NCBI GenBank assembly: GCA_950097015.1
Contig: CATNEN010000003.1
Span: 3,782,001-3,846,000 of the forward strand
Direction: 5' to 3'
DNA length: 64,000 nt
From: Macrostomum hystrix
Lineage: Eukaryota; Animalia; Platyhelminthes
Shown here piece after piece: positions 60,905-64,000 of this stretch. The first letter of the stretch is position 1. Each line of letters starts with the position of its first letter. The notes beneath the pieces were generated by a model that did no database searches, was not told where the DNA came from, and saw only the letters and a program-made list of their open reading frames with translations. Both the position numbers and the translations under genes were made by a program.

Positions 60905-61140
60905 AATGACAAAGGTCGGGGGTTCGATTCCCGACTCTACTTCTTTCGCAAGACACTTAACTCTGCGTTGCCTCAGTTAACCTAACTATTAAACAGGTAC
61001 CAGCATCAGCTGGGATAATTGAAGGTGGGTGTGGCGTCCCCCCAGTCCATGGACTGAACAGCCGTACGCAGGTCCTTCAGATGCGTCGCGCAATAGCTGC
61101 GGCTGTGCTGTCGGCTGCACATCTGGCCCGGTTGGGTCAG
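60905..61140 (+). mobile_element. SINE family 2 copy
   Basis: GGTTCGATTCCCGACTC, GCAAGACACTTAACTCTGCGTTGCCTCAGT (CORE-like), shared 3' body. Confidence 0.72.
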
Positions 61141-62424
61141 GGCTTGGCTGGGCTAATCACCCATTTTCTATCCATCCTTCCCCTTTACCTTGCTTACTGG
61201 AATTAAAAAATTAATTTAAACACTACAATTTGCAATTCTTAAATTTAATGCTAAAAGCTATAGTTGCCATAGTTACTAGCGCCGTTTGTACTCCAAATTC
61301 TGTATAATAATAAAATAACAAAATGAAATTTCTTTTTTATTCGTCTTTTTACACTCGCTCTCAATCATACGATTTTTCTTCTTAACCAAACTAGTCAGTA
61401 AAAGTGCAGATCCTAAAAGTTCTACTTGCTTTTCTTGTATTCTGCTTTGAAAGCAAATAATATTATATAGATGGACTGTTCCTCTAAGTGTACATTAGTA
61501 CTTAAAATAGTTTTTTTCAATGGTTATGTGCATTAAAAATTGTTTAATTGATAACTATTTATTTGTAGTTTTGCTGCAATAACTTTTTTTTTCTTTTTTA
61601 ACAAAATGGATCTCAAATTTTGTTTTGATTAAAAAGCTGACCTATTTATCCTGTCAAACACTGTGCATTATAATTCGGTATGTACAATATACTTGTATAC
61701 GTGTACTTTAAAGCAAATCACTTTTTGTTGTTACATTTTAAATTAGCATTCTGGTCCCTTTCTCGTAATTATATATGAAAGAAATTTCATGTGTCACATT
61801 TCCAAGCGGTGGAAAATTTCTGTTTAGATTTTTTATGTATGCTGCTAACGCACTTCTTGTAGTACTTTATTGATTATTTTATGTAGAATCTATTTTATCT
61901 GTTTGTTTTAATTGATTTACACGTGTTTGACTTTACTATGCTTCTTATTTAAGGAATGCCTTAAGGAATAAACACAGCTTATAAATTATGTTTAAAATGT
62001 CAATATGTATAATTTATGCATGTACATCTAAGGCTTGATATTGATTGCTATATTATGTAACTCAAATATATTGTTATTGACCGAAATATATGGCGCTATT
62101 CTTAATCATTTCAGCATGCCACCATTGTGAAAAAAATCTAAAAAAAATCCAATGTGCTTACTGGTTTAGTAGTAGTAAAAAAGTATATATCAGTCTTTTT
62201 TCAAGTATAATGATTTGTTTAGAATTTTTTGTGGCATGCAAATATTTTAGATTTTGTTATTACTATCTATTTCAGCTACGAAAAACATATTTTTTTGGTA
62301 TTTCATTTCTGTACAAAAATGCATGTTCACCTTACGTCACCATTCTGGAACCACCACCCCACAAGAATCGATTTCTCTGACGTACATAGTTCTCTTTCGC
62401 AGCCAACCCCGCTCCGCCGCTCTC

Positions 62425-62530
62425 TCATTGGCCGCGGAGGGATGGCTAATGTGCATCAGCTTTTGTTGGCCTAGAATGAGCTGATTGGCTAACCGGGGGT
62501 GTGCGCATAGCAGCTCTATTAAATAAATCA
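62425..62530 (+). promoter_or_regulatory. Putative promoter: two inverted CCAAT boxes and a TATA-like element
   Basis: ATTGG at ~62427 and ~62484, and TATTAAATAAA at ~62517, upstream of ATG 62590. Confidence 0.4.
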
Positions 62531-62589
62531 TATCAGCATGCGAGCTAGTAGAGCGCCTAGCGGCAAATAATTAAATATTAAATAGAGAC

Positions 62590-64000
62590 ATGGATAAAAA
62601 TAACAGTCAAGAATATGGTGCCACAGGTAATCAAAGTCTAACTAGTGCTAGCGAAGAGCCAAATACTACGGCTGATGCTAGTGAGACTAGTTTCACTGGT
62701 GAAACAAGCACCGCTGATAGCAGCGGCAGCAACAGCAGCAGCAGCAGCGGCAACAATGCCAGCAGCGAAAGCAGCAGCACAAGTGACGCTACACAGAGCA
62801 AAAGCAGCAGCAGTGCTGCTATTAGTAGCTCTGACAATAGAAACACAGCTGATAGCGAAGGAACTATGGCAAATCAAACAGAGGTCGATAGCGAGATTCG
62901 ACCAGCTGCTATCATTGTCATTACAGGTGAGAACCTCCCACAATATGCGCAGTAAAATTACACGTAACAATTTCCGGCACACTTTCTCAAAACCTAGATG
63001 TCGTGAGTTCGATTCTCGGCATAGGGGGGGTATAATTTGTGTCTTTTTAGCAAGACACTTAATTTTCCGATGCTCCGGTACCATTGGATTACTAGGGGTT
63101 CGATTGGATTTATTATTTGTTTAATCTAGATTATCCCAACCTGGATCACAGATACCGCAACTAATAATAAAATATTAATTCCAGGAGGGCTGCAGCCAAT
63201 AGAACAACAATTGGTGATACTAGACCTACAGCCAGCGAGGAGGCAATTCTGCCCATTTCGCTGACTCCTGAGCACATACTCACACAGGTGTGTAACACCT
63301 GCCCTGACTTTCTCATCGTCAGGCAGTGAACACTGCCACTCGACAAGCCCCCAAGCCTTCTCTCCGCGGCTCCGCCCCATTTTTGCCGACGTGACTTATA
63401 ACTGAACTTAACGATAACCAATCTGCAATGCATCCAAGGTCCTGCTGGTCAGTCGCCGCGTGCCTCCAGCTGCCGCTGGGATCTGGACGCTGACGCCGAC
63501 GCTGACGCCACAGCATTCGAGGACGCGCAAAGCAACCGCTGGTTGAGCTCACAAGAGGAGGCCACAAACTCGGTCTCTGGGCCGCTAGACCCGGCCAGCT
63601 GTGAGAACTTTGCCACACCAGCTGCTGTATCCATGACAGCCGATGATGCAACTGTGGCTTTTGATCATCTGCCTGCAGTCGCTGCCGCCGCCGCAGCTGC
63701 TGATTTTGTCGATGCTGCGGCTAGGCGAACCCTAGGAATCAACGGCAGCAGCGAGTATGACGACGAGAATGATCAGACTGCCCTACCGCAGCAGCCGTCG
63801 GCTTCGCTGCTGCTGACTGCTGGAGTGCTGGAAGACACGGCGGTGCTGGAACTGCCAGCTTCAATGCCTTCAAGGTGCTTCTGCAATAACTTCCAGATCA
63901 CGACAATAAAGATCCCGCAGATCCCACAGAAAGATCCCGCAGATCCCACAGATCCCAAAGATCCTACAGATCCCACATATCCTCAAGTCCCACATATCCT
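62590..64000 (+). CDS. Ser/Ala/acidic low-complexity protein, 5' part (runs off the window)
   Basis: Exon 62590-62926 joins in phase 1 to 63439, which stays open to the window end. No recognisable domain. Confidence 0.55.
63185..63380 (-). mobile_element. SINE family 1 fragment (intronic)
   Basis: Shares CAGCCAGCGAGGAGGCAATTCTGCCCATTTCGCTGACTCC and the hairpin segment. Confidence 0.75.

Overview
Intron-containing animal genomic DNA, not prokaryotic. The GT-AG introns filled with many unrelated minisatellites resemble a free-living flatworm such as Macrostomum (inference only). The left ~20 kb is a TE-rich cluster of secreted lectin-type genes. It contains a 4-exon fibrinogen-related protein (FREP) whose N-terminus is two tandem copies of an unrecognised Cys-containing domain. 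It also has two inverted PAN-like + F-type-lectin genes with near-identical lectin exons but divergent first exons, a third F-lectin remnant and a frameshifted secreted gene. Mixed in are a deleted Ty3/Gypsy LTR element with TSD, a Penelope fragment carrying a minimal hammerhead ribozyme, and hAT/P-like MITEs. The right part holds a CAF1/CNOT7-8 deadenylase gene and a complete 23-exon VWA3B gene (minus strand) with an FKBP-TPR gene nested antisense in one intron. It ends with a CTTNBP2/CTTNBP2NL-like gene and the start of a Ser/Ala-rich gene. Most long ORFs in the supplied track are minisatellite artefacts. All exon models were read by eye from splice signals and reading-frame phase.
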